Below are positions 1-12,832 of a stretch of 64,000 nucleotides of DNA, piece after piece. Source of the stretch: Lama guanicoe (Eukaryota); assembly GCA_013239625.1 (NCBI GenBank), contig MU053876.1, positions 51,394-115,393 on the forward strand, in the 5' to 3' direction. The notes under the pieces are model-generated. The model was given only the letters and a program-made list of their open reading frames with translations, had not been told where the DNA came from and did not search any database. The position numbers and the translations under genes were made by a program. Within the stretch, counting starts at the first letter, position 1, and every line of letters starts with the position of its first letter.

Positions 1-92
1 TATATATATATATATATAAAATAAAATATATTATATACACACACATATTTGTATATATATAAATGTGTATATATACACACACACGTATATAT
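1..92. repeat. (TA)n/(CA)n low-complexity microsatellite
   Basis: Direct inspection. Confidence 0.9.
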
Positions 93-1174
93 GTACATTT
101 TTTTCCAGTGAGGATACACAGCCCTCTGATGCCCACTGCTAACTGTCAAGTGGAGAGGACCACAACTCGTAACAATGTTGGAAAAAGACAAAATCCAGAG
201 TCCAAAAAAATCTGGGACCTTTGGGGGCAGTTAGCAGTTCCAAGCCTTCATATTTTTTCATACTTTTCGCATGAAATCTGAAAAGGCAGGGCTTGGTTAC
301 CTTTTAAATATTTTCCCACAACTGAATAAAAGGTTCAGACTGAAAAAAATCCAACATGATATGGCTGTATTGCTCTGAATCAAAACTCCTACCTTCTCCA
401 TGTATTAATTACATTTTGTCATCACTGCAGTAGGAGAGAATTACACCAGATCTCACTGACAAAATACTTAAAGGAAAGAAAGAAGAGGCTCATAACCTCC
501 ACCCCCCTCCCAAAAGAAGTAAAATCGCCCCAGAAGACTGAATTAAAACGCTCATCTTAGTTTCCCAAGGTCTGGATCTCCTCAGGCATCTCTTGTGATC
601 TTTCATTCAAAGGAAAAGAATATTTAGCTGCCAGCCGAGACGTTCTCCTTCAAGCATTTAGCCCCAAAGAAAGAGGAAACAGGGCAATATTTCTAAAGAA
701 AACCCAAGCTATCAGACATGAAGAAACAGATTAGAATCGAAATGATTTCTGCGGGAGGCTGACAATGGTGTCGTTCAGAGCCAGCCTGGATGGACAGATG
801 ACACGTGACTAAGTCTGATCTTTCTTAAAGAATTGGAATTCGGATTGAGAGCAGCAGCTCCCAGCCCTGAAAAAACAAAAGTAGTGACAATAAACAACAC
901 TGACCTCTTCTCTCACAGAAGCACTGGTCATGACAAAGGAACTGAAGTGGAGAAGTAACTTCAGATTTCAATCTACTGTACAGAGTGGTTCATACAAACA
1001 TACACAGAAACTGGGCTTCAGTGGTACTCCCCCGAACAAAATACAGTAAACCCTGGGCACAGCCCGTCTCCCAGGTTCAAGAGTGACTTTATACACTTAG
1101 CACCAGCCCAACCGGGTCACCAAGACCCATATCTCCTTCTAACACAAGGTCACTTAACCACCTCAACCAAAAAG

Positions 1175-1396
1175 GGGTTGGAGACTTGCAGATACTAAAA
1201 CCTAAAATAGACAAGTTTTTTTCTGTGCAGCACAGGGAAATATATTCATTATCTTGTAGTAACTTACAATGAAGAAGAACATGAAAGGGAATACATGTAT
1301 GTGTATGTATAACTGAAACATGATAGTGGACACCAGATATTGACACATTGTAACTGACACATGGCAACCGACTATATTTCAATTAAAAAAAAAAAA
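1175..1396 (+). mobile_element. L1 3' UTR fragment (camelid-type) with poly(A) tail
   Basis: Diagnostic motif gcacagggaa...tattca...ccagatattgacacattgtaactgac...ttcaattaaaaaaa, shared with many copies in the window. Confidence 0.85.
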
Positions 1397-4300
1397 GAAA
1401 GTCTAAAATTGCTGAAGGTCTCCAGATTAGACTCCCTGGCCACACCCCAGAACACATTTCTAGCTGCCACTAACAGGAAATGATCTCAGGTGGGGAATCG
1501 AAATCACCCACCCCAGCGAGGTAACCTGTTTCTTCTCTTTTTGATTTCAGAGGCCAGCAGAGGATGCTGCTTCAGTGACAAGCGCGTCCCTTCCTGCAAA
1601 CGCAGTATCAGAGTGTCCCCCAGGACGAGCCGCTGTTCTGGCTGACCTCTGTTGCTGGTTCTCCCTTAGCGATACGCCAAACAAACTTTGGGGGCTCCTG
1701 CAGAAACCTCTGTATCATGAAAATAAATCTCATGCAGAGAAGAGCAAAGAGGGACAGCCTAGGAATTGCAGAGACGAGGACAAGTCCAAGTGCACGGTGG
1801 GGCCTCTGAGATGCGGGGAGTGTCGGGGGACGGCAGGCGACTCTCCAAGGACGTGGGGAGACCCAGTGGATCCTTTCTAAGCTTTTATCCTAAAGATTCT
1901 CCTAACATGGACATTTACCTACCAAAGCATACCAACTACAAACGATGTTCACTGCAGCCCTGTGGATAACACGGAACCATTAGGAACTAACAGGGAACTT
2001 CTTAATTTCCTCCCAGTCTTAACCCAGTCCCCCAGCATCCTACCATCCCTCACCTGCATCCAATACCTCTTCCCTCCAGTTCAAGACACAAGTCCACTAC
2101 CGTTTCCTGTGCAAAGCCATCTAGGAGCCACTCACCTGCAAGATAAAGTCCAAACTGCTTTCTGCTATGCACAAGGCTCTTTAAAATCTAGTTCCAAGCA
2201 TTATCTTTCATCTTTCTCAGACACTGTTTCCTCTCTAATAATTAAGCCTCATTTTCTCCCACCGTGATTTTACAACATCCCACACAGTCCTCTTTTATAG
2301 TGTTTATACCTCCATTCTCAGTTACCCCCAGTCCCCAAACGGTCCTGGCCGAAGCCCTCTGCTGCAGCTGGGAAAGCTAAACAGTCACTTCTCTGGTCTC
2401 TCTCACAGCCAGGAATGGTCGGGTGACAGACAGCCCGGCCCAGGAGACAGCAGGGCAGACCTGCTGGGGACTCTCTGCATCATTTTTGTGTTTTCCTGGT
2501 AGTAAGAGGGAAAAAAAAAAACTACAGCTGACACCTCCCTCTTCCTCTCACCTTACACATGAACATGACATCTGGGACCGCAGGAGGTGTCTTGCCAACG
2601 TGAGGGCAAAGCCAAGAGCACCAGAGAGGTTACAGCCTCCCAAACGACCTAGCAGCCCCCGATCTGCCGACTTACGAGGCGAGAAAAGCCAGCCCTGGTT
2701 TTACAGCGATTTTTCGCCCTGTCTCCTGCTTGCTGCATGGCTAACTGATATTTTTATGAGCAAAGTAACGCAGCAATAACCACTGGCAACCTACCAGCGT
2801 CCTGATGCTACACCGAGTTTCTTTTATTTGTTTGCTTTATTTAATCTTCAGGCATCACTTCTATTTGCAGAACTGAAGACTGGTGTACCGAAAACCTACG
2901 TAATTTCTCAAACATCACACACCGCTACGGAGTTGCTGAGCCGGGATTCCAACTCAGAAGCTGTCTGACTTGAAAGCTGGCTCCTTTCACCATTTTGGAA
3001 GATGGAGTCAGTGCGGCTGGACCACGCAAAGCGCCATCGAGGACAACATGGGTTTGCAAGTCCAGCAAATGAGAAAAAATCCGTATCAGCTGAATCCAGT
3101 TAGCAGCGTCCCAAGGAGTTGGTTGGTTGTGTGGGAAAGAATACAAAGCGTTGCAAAAGTTGGGAATAGATGGATCTTTCTAAACTGCCTGTGCAAGAAT
3201 GATCAGTCCTGCCGCCCTTTGTTACAGGAGACTGGATTCCCCCTTGTAAAGCCAGAGGGTTACTTAGGCCCCAGTGCCCCGAATCTTGCAAACTCATTCT
3301 CCGAGGAGACCCATGTTCACACAAAGGGTGGGACAAATTTGTCTAAAGCATGTATGTGCACGCAAAGGCAGCCCATGAGAGAAAGTGCCTCTGTTCAGAA
3401 GGGACTTGGCCATGTTTGGGGTCAGGAAGGATTTTAACAGGATCAGGAAAACATCTCCACACTGTGATTGAAGGGTCAAGAAATGTGATTTAACTAAGCA
3501 TAGAGATGTAAGACCAAAAATTCAAATATCCCCATTATATTGCTGAAATAACTGATATTTCTAATATCGTGGAGGAAAGGGTCAGGGCTTTCTAAGCACA
3601 TAGATAAATATATTGAAATCTCAGTTCCACCACTGACTCTGTCTTAGTCTCTGAAGCTCAATTAGCTTCATGGTCACATAAGGGTGATGCACCCGCTTTA
3701 TAAGGTTTTCTGAGGATGATTAAATGAGATAACAGGTAAGCAAAACACTGAGGTCCACGCCTGGCCCCATTAAGTGATATTGCTGGTGACGCTAACAATT
3801 ACAAAAGCAAAGACTAACCACCATGGTTCCAAGGTACCCCAACCAAATGGTGCCCATGTCAACACTGGGGACAAAAGCGTGGTTCACATATTGCAAGTCA
3901 GAGGATTACTTGGAGCAGGAACATGAATACAAGCCGAAGAACACTTTGGGTAAACAAGGCTGTTTGCTTCCTTTGGAAGGGCTGGTATCTCGAGGACCTC
4001 CCATATTCTAGAATAATCCTGAAAAGGAGTGGTGGGCGTTTCTGTTTATCAGTCCAAAGTTTATCCTTCCCTGCCCCCCATTTATGAACAGTAATAAACA
4101 GTTTACAAAGCACTCAGCCACGAAATTTGAAACAACGTAATTCTGGTGGAAATTGTGTAATGCTGGTGGAAATTGTTATGACGCGATTGGGTTCATGTTA
4201 TTTTAAATTTTACGCATCGAGTGAAGTAATATTAGCTTGAATCACAAAATGTCGCAGATGCCTAATTTCAGTTCTCATGAAATGGGACTGTTCCCAGGGA

Positions 4301-4989
4301 GCCAAATTCTGAAGTCTGGAAGCCCAGGAAAGTCCACCCTCCGCCCCTTCCCCCACTCCTTCTGGGGAAGATGCTCGTGCCAGGACTCAGCTGCTGCATC
4401 CCTCAGCCATAGCCTGGCAAGTCCTCTCTGCTGGAATGTAAGGGACACTGCCATCCCCACACTCTCCTCCCTGCCTCAGACTGGACACACGTGGTCACCT
4501 GACCTTCAGGGATGGGAGGCCGTCAGAGGGAAGGAGTCTGGTGCCCTGACTCCCGGCATGATCACCAGGGGTCAAACATGCACCTTGGGCTGTGATACAA
4601 ATGAGAACGTTTTACTGTGTTTGAGACATTACACATCTTTAAGCCTTTTTATTTTTTTATCAGTAGTACCTCCTCTCATGACTAATAAAGAGTCCCTAGA
4701 GGAAAGTTACATGAAAAATATGAGTCAGTAAAACCAGACACGAGACGAAAAGAAAATCTAGATACGTTATCACATCCCTTTAGGAGAACTTTTTAGCTGA
4801 ACCACCAGCATCCACTACCCTGTCCAGCTAGTGGATCCGACAGGTGTTATTAATGGCATAGAAAAAGACAAATTCTGAACCCATCAGATGCAGGTGAAGT
4901 TTTACATCTCCGTGTGAAAAGCCTAAGTTAGCATGGCTTCACTGGTTCAAAAAGGACCTTTGAAGAATCTCTAATTGAAGAATCTTTCC

Positions 4990-5640
4990 AAGTAACTGCC
5001 TAGCGGAGCCCACCTCTTGATGTCCACACCCCTGCGTGTCCCCCACCACACTGAACAGGGCTGACCTGTGCAGCCAACAGGGCTCTGTCCAGCTCACAGA
5101 CACAGAACACAGACTTGTGGTTGCCAGGGGGAGGCGAGTGGGAAGGGATAAACTGGGGGTTTGAGATTTGCAGATACTAACTACTATTTACAAAATAGAT
5201 AAACAAGTTTATGCTGTACAGCACAGGGAAATACATTCAATAACTTATAGTAGCTCATAATGAAAAAGAATATGAAAATGAATATATGTATATTCATGGC
5301 TGACTGAAATATGCTGGACACCAGAAATTGACACATTGTAACTGACTAGACCTCAATTAAAAAAAAAAATTGGGCACTGTCCACATGACCAAGAGTGACT
5401 TCCCAGACTAAGTCAGAAGGACACTGGCCCTTCCAGCTTCCTCTCTCTTGGAGGGCTTGTTCTGGACGGGATACCTATGTGCTGTAGCTTCAGGAGGGAC
5501 CCTGATCCAGAACCATTCACGTAAGATGCTGGAATTCCCCGCCTAAGGAAATTGTGTGAAATAATACATGTCTTCTGTTTGTTAAAGCTGCTACATTTGG
5601 GGGTAATTTGCTACACAGCAAAGATAACTAATTCACTAGC
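4990..5640 (+). mobile_element. MaLR (MLT1-like) LTR interrupted by an L1 3' fragment
   Basis: Typical MLT1 3' end (...ttggggtaatttgctacacagcaaagataactaattca). The L1 at 5092-5370 splits it. Confidence 0.65.
5092..5370 (+). mobile_element. L1 3' end with poly(A) and target-site duplication
   Basis: L1 3' UTR motifs. Flanking gggctctgtcca (5080-5091) / gggcactgtcca (5372-5383). Confidence 0.88.
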
Positions 5641-5705
5641 CTCTTCCACAGAGAGATAGAGAGTGCTCGCTCTACTGAGGCTGAAAAGCTTTGAAATCTC
5701 TGATT

Positions 5706-5946
5706 CTTTTTTTTTTTATTTAAGTATAGTCAGTTAGAATGTGCCAATTTCTGGTGTCCAGCATCACATCCCAGTCATGCGTATACATACATATATTCAT
5801 TTTCATATTCTTTTTCATTATAGGTTACAAGCTACTGAATATAGTTCCCTGTACTCTACAGAAGAAACTTACTTTTTATCTATTTTATATATAGCAGTCC
5901 AGAAAGAGGAAGAAAAATACCATATGATATCACTCATATGTGAAAT
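5706..5946 (-). mobile_element. L1 3' end with a short inverted 5' piece
   Basis: Poly(T) plus antisense L1 3' UTR (5706-5893), followed by sense L1 sequence gtccagaaagag...catatgtgaaat (5896-5946). Confidence 0.8.
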
Positions 5947-6144
5947 TTTTCATTCTTAATGCTTCCCGGAAATAGGGGAAGAGGTCGTGCCGGACATCCT
6001 GTAAGTGCTATGAGCTTTCTTCAGCTGAGTCTCATGGTGAAATCGGTTCCACAGACACAACAGGCTCCTTCTAACAAGGCAGCAGAGGCTCTACTCATGA
6101 AGTTGTTTGTGTGACACCTGCTCACATGGAAGCCAATGCAAAGG

Positions 6145-6147
<3 letters not shown>

Positions 6148-6180
<33 letters not shown>

Positions 6181-6197
6181 TCTGTGTGTGCACGTGT
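6148..6197. repeat. (TG)n microsatellite
   Basis: Direct inspection. Confidence 0.9.
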
Positions 6198-6439
6198 GCT
6201 GACTTGTTACAATTGAAGAAAACGTGGCTGATTCAACGGAGCAGAATCTCATTCAGGGAATCGGAGACTATGTCTTGAAATGCTGATTTCTTTTTTGTCC
6301 CCACCTAATTCTTCACCAAATCTGAAGTCTAGCAAATATTAAAGAATGACTGGTATTTTTGTAGTAACCTAACAGACACTTTCAGATCATTTTCATGAAC
6401 ACTGCCTCACTTTTTAATAAAAAACAATTTGTAAACCTA

Positions 6440-6700
6440 AGGTTAACAGGGGGAAAAGGGGGTGGGAAGGGATAAATTGGGAATTTGAGATTTGCAGATA
6501 CTAACTACTATATGTAAAATAGATAAACAACAAGTTTATATTGTATAGCACAGGGGACTATATTCAATATCTTGTAGTAACTTATGGTGAAAAAGAAGAG
6601 GAAAAGGAATAAATGTATGTATACATATGACTGAAACATGACTCTGGACACCAGAAATTGACACACTGTAATGGACTGTACTTCAGTAATAAAAAAAAAA
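6440..6700 (+). mobile_element. L1 3' end with poly(A)
   Basis: gggaagggataaattgggaatttgagatttgcagatactaactac... motif. Confidence 0.88.
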
Positions 6701-6904
6701 GATCAACTTGTGTGTATAGGGTGCCCTTTTTTGCTTGTTGATGGCCTGAGACCAGCACTTAAGTGCCTCCTGCAGTGATTCCCAACCTGGAGTCTTTGAA
6801 GATGGTCCTGGAGTTGATTTTAATCCTGGTCTTTGCAAGGAACAGAACAGGAATGATGCATTTGCCTGAAATAAAGCTGCCTGGGGTGGGCTCGCTGTGG
6901 GTCT

Positions 6905-7100
6905 GCGGGCCAGACTGAGCCTAGCCAGCACCTGCTTTGGGAAACAAAATGTTACTGGGACGCGACCACACCCGTTTATCTCCAGGTTGTGTATAACTCT
7001 GCAACAGCACAGTTGAGTGGCTGAGGCCGAGACTGCACGGCTCACAAAGCCAAAAATAGTTACTACCTGGCCCTTTGCAGAAAACGTTGGCCAACCTCAG
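6905..7100. mobile_element. MER58-like hAT/Charlie DNA transposon relic
   Basis: caaagccaaaaatagttactacctggccctttgcagaaaacgttggccaacc resembles recalled MER58A. A related copy sits in the opposite orientation at 55710-55925. Confidence 0.7.
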
Positions 7101-7356
7101 AAATGAAGTATCATGCTCAAACTTCCCACGTTGGGCTGAGAACATTTTCACTGGAGCGAAGCCCTCCCCTGGCCATCTCACACAGACTGGTAGTTAATTT
7201 CTTGGTGTAATAAAGTTATCATCACAAATTTGATTGAGTACATTGTTTAAGATTTGGGGTGGAGGCAACAGAATTTTCCTTGTTAACCAAGAATTTCCCA
7301 CCTCAGGCTTACCAAAATTAAAAATGGGATCTGGACAGCTCCTACACTTTTAACAG

Positions 7357-7602
7357 TTTTTTTTTTTTTAATTGAAGTACAGTCAGTTACAATGTGTCAT
7401 TTTCTGGTGTCCAGCATCATGTCCCCGTCATGCATGTAGATACATATGTTCCTTTTCATGTTCTTTTACATTATAGGTTGCTGCAAGATACTGAATATGG
7501 TTCCCAGAAGAAATTTGTTGTTTATCTATTTTACATATAGTAGTTAGTATCTGCACATCCCCAACTCCCAATTTATCCCCTCCCACCCCCTTTCCCTTTG
7601 GT
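7357..7602 (-). mobile_element. L1 3' end with 16-bp TSD
   Basis: Poly(T) plus antisense L1 3' UTR. TSD acttttaacagttttt at 7346-7361 and 7603-7618. Confidence 0.88.
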
Positions 7603-7618
7603 ACTTTTAACAGTTTTT

Positions 7619-7780
7619 ACAACATAGTGATTCACAATTTTTAAAGGTTATATTCCACTTATAATTATTATAAAATATTTGCTCGATCCCCTGTGTTGTG
7701 TGATCTATCCTGGTAGCTTATTTATTTCACACATAGTAGTTTGTACCTTTCAATCTCCTACCCCTATCTTGCCCCTCCCC
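7619..7780 (-). mobile_element. Older L1 subfamily 3' UTR fragment
   Basis: acatagtgattcacaatttttaaaggttatattcc...tagtttgtacct...cctacccctatcttgcccctcccc, a typical cetartiodactyl L1 3' UTR in antisense. Confidence 0.75.
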
Positions 7781-7799
7781 ACAAATAAAATTTTATTAG

Positions 7800-7833
<34 letters not shown>
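7800..7833. repeat. (CA)n microsatellite
   Basis: Direct inspection. Confidence 0.95.
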
Positions 7834-7835
<2 letters not shown>

Positions 7836-8469
7836 CACCAGTTTTTAGAGCCATCAGGCAAGTTGAAGCAGCTTTCTTCCAACACAACTTACTTTGTTGG
7901 ACACCAATACTTCACAGGGCTAACTGTTCTTCGCTGGAGAGTGTGTTTTTGAAAAGAGAACATGTAAACTATTTGGGATACAATGTTTTTCTTGATTTGA
8001 AAAGTCGTAACTTGGATTAATAAATATTGTACAAGGCAGGAAAATGCTTGTAGCAAAATCTAATAAGAGTGTTAACAGCCACAGGATTTAAATTCACTGA
8101 TTTGGAAACACAAAGCGTACATACTTGGGCACAGAGAGAATCTTTGCTACAGTCAAAGAAAATTATTTTTAGGGAACAGGAGTCCTATGTCCCCACGTCA
8201 AGGCAGCAGAAAGAGTCTTAATGAGCGTCAGTTTTGCTAAAAAGCAAAGGCGATGCTTCGAATTCTTGGTGTAAAGAACTTTCTCCTCAGACCTGTCTCT
8301 TAGAATTAGATCCGACCAAAGGGTGAATTCACAGACTGGGGGGGGGGGGGTTCTGATGACTCTCTAACAAGGAAAAGGCTTACATGTTATCTGTCTAAAT
8401 CTTCCCTGCAAAGTATTACCCTCACGAAGCATATACAAAGGCAAGACCAGAAAATCTAGAACATTCTCT

Positions 8470-8662
8470 AGGCCAAGGTTTCCAACCCGGGCGGTGCTGA
8501 CATGGGGGCCGGATAGTTGACTGTGGGAGCACTGGGGGACAGGCAGCTGCATCCTTGGCTTCTGCCCCCTGGGGACAACCAAAATCACTCACAGGTATTC
8601 CTGGATGTCCCAGGAGGGCAGAGGGAAGACAAAACTGTCCCCACTTGAGAACCAGTGCTCTA
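8470..8662. mobile_element. MER20-like DNA transposon relic
   Basis: Ends ...aaaactgtccccacttgagaaccagtg, with internal gacaaccaaaa...; resembles recalled MER20. Confidence 0.65.
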
Positions 8663-9649
8663 GAGGAGAGTCAGTTAGACCTTCAGCTTGCCCAAAGCTG
8701 GTTCTTTCATTCAATCTCTACAAATCAACTTATCCACAAAGTTGGAAGCAAAATCTGTTCCCTTCTCCGATGAAGCGGGGACACGTCTTGTCAGTTTCCA
8801 TCACTGCCACGCAGGGAAGGAGAATGATCTCTTCCTCGGAAAATTCCTCTGAGCTCGTTTCTCTGGTTGTCATGTCTCCCCCTGCAGGCCCCAGATGCCC
8901 TCCCAGGTCTGATCAACACGTCCGGGGAGGCACCCACAGACAGACCCATGTTGCAACTCAGCATCCTTGCGCCCCGCCATGAAACGGCAGCAGCGAGGGG
9001 TGCCCCCTTGTAACTGATCAGGGCCCAAAACTCAGCCACCAGCACTTGCCCAAGAGTCCCCTGAGATGGCGTGTCACCTGGGCCACGCTGCACGTTAGCA
9101 GAATTTCTTACGACAGTGCCAGCAGTCGAATGCGCGTCTTTTCCTTGATTCTTTTAAATCCCCAATTCAATTACCTCGCTCATTTTTCTGATGAATCATC
9201 AGCAGAGAGCAAGGCCGTTTTCCAGACAGTGCGGTGAGCCTCAGCTGGAACACAGCTTCTGGAGGATTCTGCTTTACCTACTTGGCACCAGACAGACACT
9301 CAGTCTGGCCCTGAAGAAGGCTAGACCTTCCTGCTTAATCCGGCATGAGATTAACCCTTGAGAGAACTTCTAGGTTCTCAAAGACAGCGCTTACACTGCT
9401 GAGGAGAAAATAAAATGGGAGAAAAATGAAACTATACACCGGAGCCCAAGTGGGGGTGTTAGCTGACCATTGCTGTCTATGTTTGATGGCCTCAGAGATG
9501 CAGATCTCTGCTAGACGCTGCAATTAAATTGGTGCATCCAAATCCAGACTTTGCATGCATTCTCAAACATCACAGCAGCAGTAAAATGCTAGGTCCTCAG
9601 GGTTGCTTTTCCCTCCAGAAGTTCCTTAACTTAAAAGGTGGGGTGAGGG

Positions 9650-9815
9650 GGTTATCTGCAGAGGAACACAAAGGAACCCTTTGGGGGTAATGGAAACCTT
9701 CCACATCCTGTTTGGGGTGGTGGCTACACAGGTGTATACATTTGTCAAAACTCATTGAACTGCACGCTTTAAAAGGGTGAATTTTACTAGCTATAGAGTA
9801 TATGCCAATAAATCT
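9650..9815 (+). mobile_element. Ancient L1M 3' UTR fragment
   Basis: gggtggtggctacacaggtgtatacatttgtcaaaactcattgaactg...caataaa. Confidence 0.7.
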
Positions 9816-9839
9816 TTCTTTAGAAAGAAAACAGATTGT

Positions 9840-10630
9840 TTTCCATGACGGCTACACCAAACCACATTCCCACCAGCAGTGTAGGAGGGTTCCCTTTTCG
9901 CCACAGCCTCTCCAGCAGTTATTGTTGGTGGACTTTTGAATGATGGCCATTGTGGAAAACAGTATGGAGAGTCCTCGAAAGATTAAAAACAGACTTACCA
10001 TGTGGTCCAGCCATTCCACTCCTGGGCATATATCCAGAGGGAAACTTAATTCAAAAAGATACATGCACCCCAATGCTCACAGCAGCAGTATGTACAATAG
10101 CCAAGACATGGAAACACTCTAAATGTCCATCAACAGATGACTGGATAAAGAAGTTGTGATATATTTATACAATGGAATACTACTCAGCCATAAAAAAGAA
10201 TAAAATGCCATTTGCTGCAACATGGATGGCCCTACAGAATGTCATTCTAAGTGAAGTAAGTCAGAAAGAGAAAGAAAAATACCATACATGAAATCTAAAA
10301 CAATGACAAATGAACTTATTTACAAAACAGAAACAGACTCACAGACATAGAAAACAAACTTACGGTTACCGGGGGGAAGAGAATGGGAAGGGATAAATTG
10401 GGAGTTTAAGGTTTACAGATACTAATATATATAAAGCAGATAAACAATAAGTTTACATTGTACAGCACAGAGAACTATATTCAATATCTTGTAGTAACTT
10501 ACGGTGAAAAAGAATATGAAAATGAATATATGTGTATGTTCATGTAGGACTGAAGCACTGTGCTGGGCACCAGAAATTGACAACGTTGTAAACTGACTAT
10601 CCTTCAACAAAAATATATATACACAAATAC
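9840..10630 (+). mobile_element. 5'-inverted L1 (ORF2 C-terminal end + 3' UTR) with 16-bp TSD
   Basis: About 9840-9948 is antisense L1 ORF2 (..[21 protein letters not shown]..). From ~9946 it is sense (WKTVWR..DLPCGPAIPLLGIYP..KCPSTDDWIKK). TSD aaagaaaa(c/t)agattgt at 9824-9839 and 10631-10646. Confidence 0.9.
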
Positions 10631-11395
10631 AAAGAAAATAGATTGTCAACTCTAGGGGCTGTAACCTGGGGACGGGCAGCCAGTTTGGAAAAGGGGTAGA
10701 GATGGGAGCCAGGGAAGGATGGACAAGCTGCCTGTTCTCATGAACAGGACGCAGCCTGGGTCTTCGGTTACGGGGGAGGGGGGGCAAACCACAGAGAAGG
10801 TGTCACTCACTGGCCAGTGTCCCTGCGTGTCCCACAGTCTCCTTTCACCGGGCTACTTCTGGGCCCTGTGAGCCAGGGCAACGCTGTATCTTAGAAATGT
10901 GTGAAGTGGCCCCACCTATAAACAGTGTGCTCCGCCTGCTACTGCCCTGGTTTCTGGCCAAGCTCCAGAAGGCTTTAAAACAACATCTACAAGGGAAGAC
11001 AGCCCCCTTCTCCGAGAAAATGCATCCTTCTTAGCACTGATTTCAACGCTGCCCATTTATTTGTTCTTTTTTGTGCTTCAATGTCCTTTATTCATGAAAT
11101 GATGTAATATCCTCTTCCGGTCACACAATAAATACAAGTGAATTCCATTCCTGTCTCCTCACTTTCTTTTAAATGTACTGATCGGTGAAATTCCCACATC
11201 AGGGAACCTTCCTGGGCCGTGGAAACAGGCGCAAACCTCCACTCTGGACCTACTCTTTAGCAAAGAATGTCCGAACCTCCTGCCACGCCATCACTTGGCC
11301 TCCGCGGTAAATCCACCCCCAGGGAGAGCTCCCGCAGCCAGTGAAGGAGAGAACCAGGATCACGCGTGGTCTTCCTGATTTCACTCTTAAGAGGC

Positions 11396-11555
11396 TTTTT
11401 TTTAATTTTTATTTTTTTAATTTACTTTTTTCCTGGAAGGGGGTGGCGAGGTAATTAGGTTTACTTATTTATCTTTAGAGGAGGGACTGGGGATTGAACC
11501 CAGGACAGCCTGCATGCTAAGCATGGGCTCTAGCCCTTGAGCTACATCCTTCCCC
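11396..11555 (-). mobile_element. tRNA-derived camelid SINE (vic-1-like)
   Basis: Antisense tRNA-like head with A/B boxes and aggtaattaggttt tail. Flanking direct repeat atttcactcttaa at 11378-11390 and 11561-11573. Confidence 0.85.
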
Positions 11556-11871
11556 TTTTAATTTCACTCTTAATCAGAAAGCCAACCCCCGATCACAAAG
11601 GAATCCTACCTACTGAGGGCAAGTGTCTGCCTCTGTGCCAGGAGTCACAGTTCACCTGGCGAACACAACACAGAAAGGAAAGGGCTTCCGTTATTTTTCA
11701 TGCCAGGAACCAACCCCCAAGGGGTCAGGCATCAAAATGAACTAGTTGGCTGGGTTTTATCACTTGCCTTTCCTCCTCTACCTGCCACTTGAGACTTCGC
11801 TGTCCTCTGTGTACTGACAAACCCTATCTTACCTGGAGCAGGAGTGCCCTCCGGGATACAACAAGAGACTA

Positions 11872-11929
11872 GCACACACACACGCACACACGCACACACA
11901 CACACACGCACACACACACACACACACAC
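11872..11929. repeat. (CA)n/(CACG) microsatellite
   Basis: Direct inspection. Confidence 0.9.
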
Positions 11930-12783
11930 CCCACCCACCAGTTAACAGCACTTAAGAGCTTTGCCAAAGGTACCCCTCCCACGGGGCTCACTGCAGCCTC
12001 CACCCTGCCTGCCTTCAGGAGCTGTTCCTACCACCAGAAAAAGGGTGAATCGTTAAATGTGAAGTTAAATGTAACTCTTAATACCCTCTCATGGAGCTTT
12101 TCAGGTGTTAAAAAAAAAAAAAAAACTCTTACCTCCTTGAAGGGTAGAATGAAAAGCATCCACATGTTACACATTCACTCAACAAACATTGGACGCATTT
12201 CCCTAACAGTAATGCACCCATGTTAATTTCCTTACTGTAATTTACAGACCATGATTAAGCAGGATGTTAGCGTTAATGAGAAGCTGGATCAGTGGGATGT
12301 GGAAACTCCCTGTCTTATCTTTGCCATTCTTCTATAAATCCGAAATTATTTCAAAATGAAAAGGCTTTTAAAAACGAGCTGCGTGAGAGACTGCCAACAG
12401 CAGTCTCCAGAAAACTAGCAGTTTAGGACAGCATTGCTGACGGAATGGAAGTCAGGTGAGTCTTGAGTCAAGCCCATCGCTGAAGCATCACCGGGAGCTC
12501 TCTAGTCCACAATCACAAGATTACCTTGCAAACCAGGGCTTTAGTAAGAGCTGAACTAGAGAAGAGAGTTTGGTCATGTGACCAAATACACGCTAATACA
12601 CACCTCTACACAAAACATCACAGCCGATGGTGTGTGTGTGTGTGTCTGTGTGTGTGTATGAGAGAAGCAGAGAGAGGAGGGGGGAAGGAGAACCCACACA
12701 TTCATGTAAGCAACTAGCTAACACAGATAGAGTAAGAAATGGGGGTGTTTCAACACAAAGGAACTTTAAAAGAAACTTTTCCA

Positions 12784-12832
12784 CTAGAAATTGACACATT
12801 GCAACGGACTATACTTCAATCTGAAAAAAAAC
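12784..12832 (+). mobile_element. Severely truncated (~50 bp) L1 3' tail
   Basis: ctagaaattgacacattgcaacggactatacttcaatctgaaaaaaa, flanked by aacttttcca / aactttttcca. Confidence 0.75.

Noticed and set aside
9852..10159. ORFs resembling reverse-transcriptase protein C-termini (also 26281, 29821, 32033, 62902)
   Set aside because: Fragments of truncated L1 ORF2, not host genes or intact elements.
11825..12140. Strong minus-strand donor motifs (CAG|GTAAGA near 11833, GAG|GTAAGA near 12133) in the RBMS3 intron
   Set aside because: No matching acceptor with an open frame could be established. Isolated donors are common by chance.
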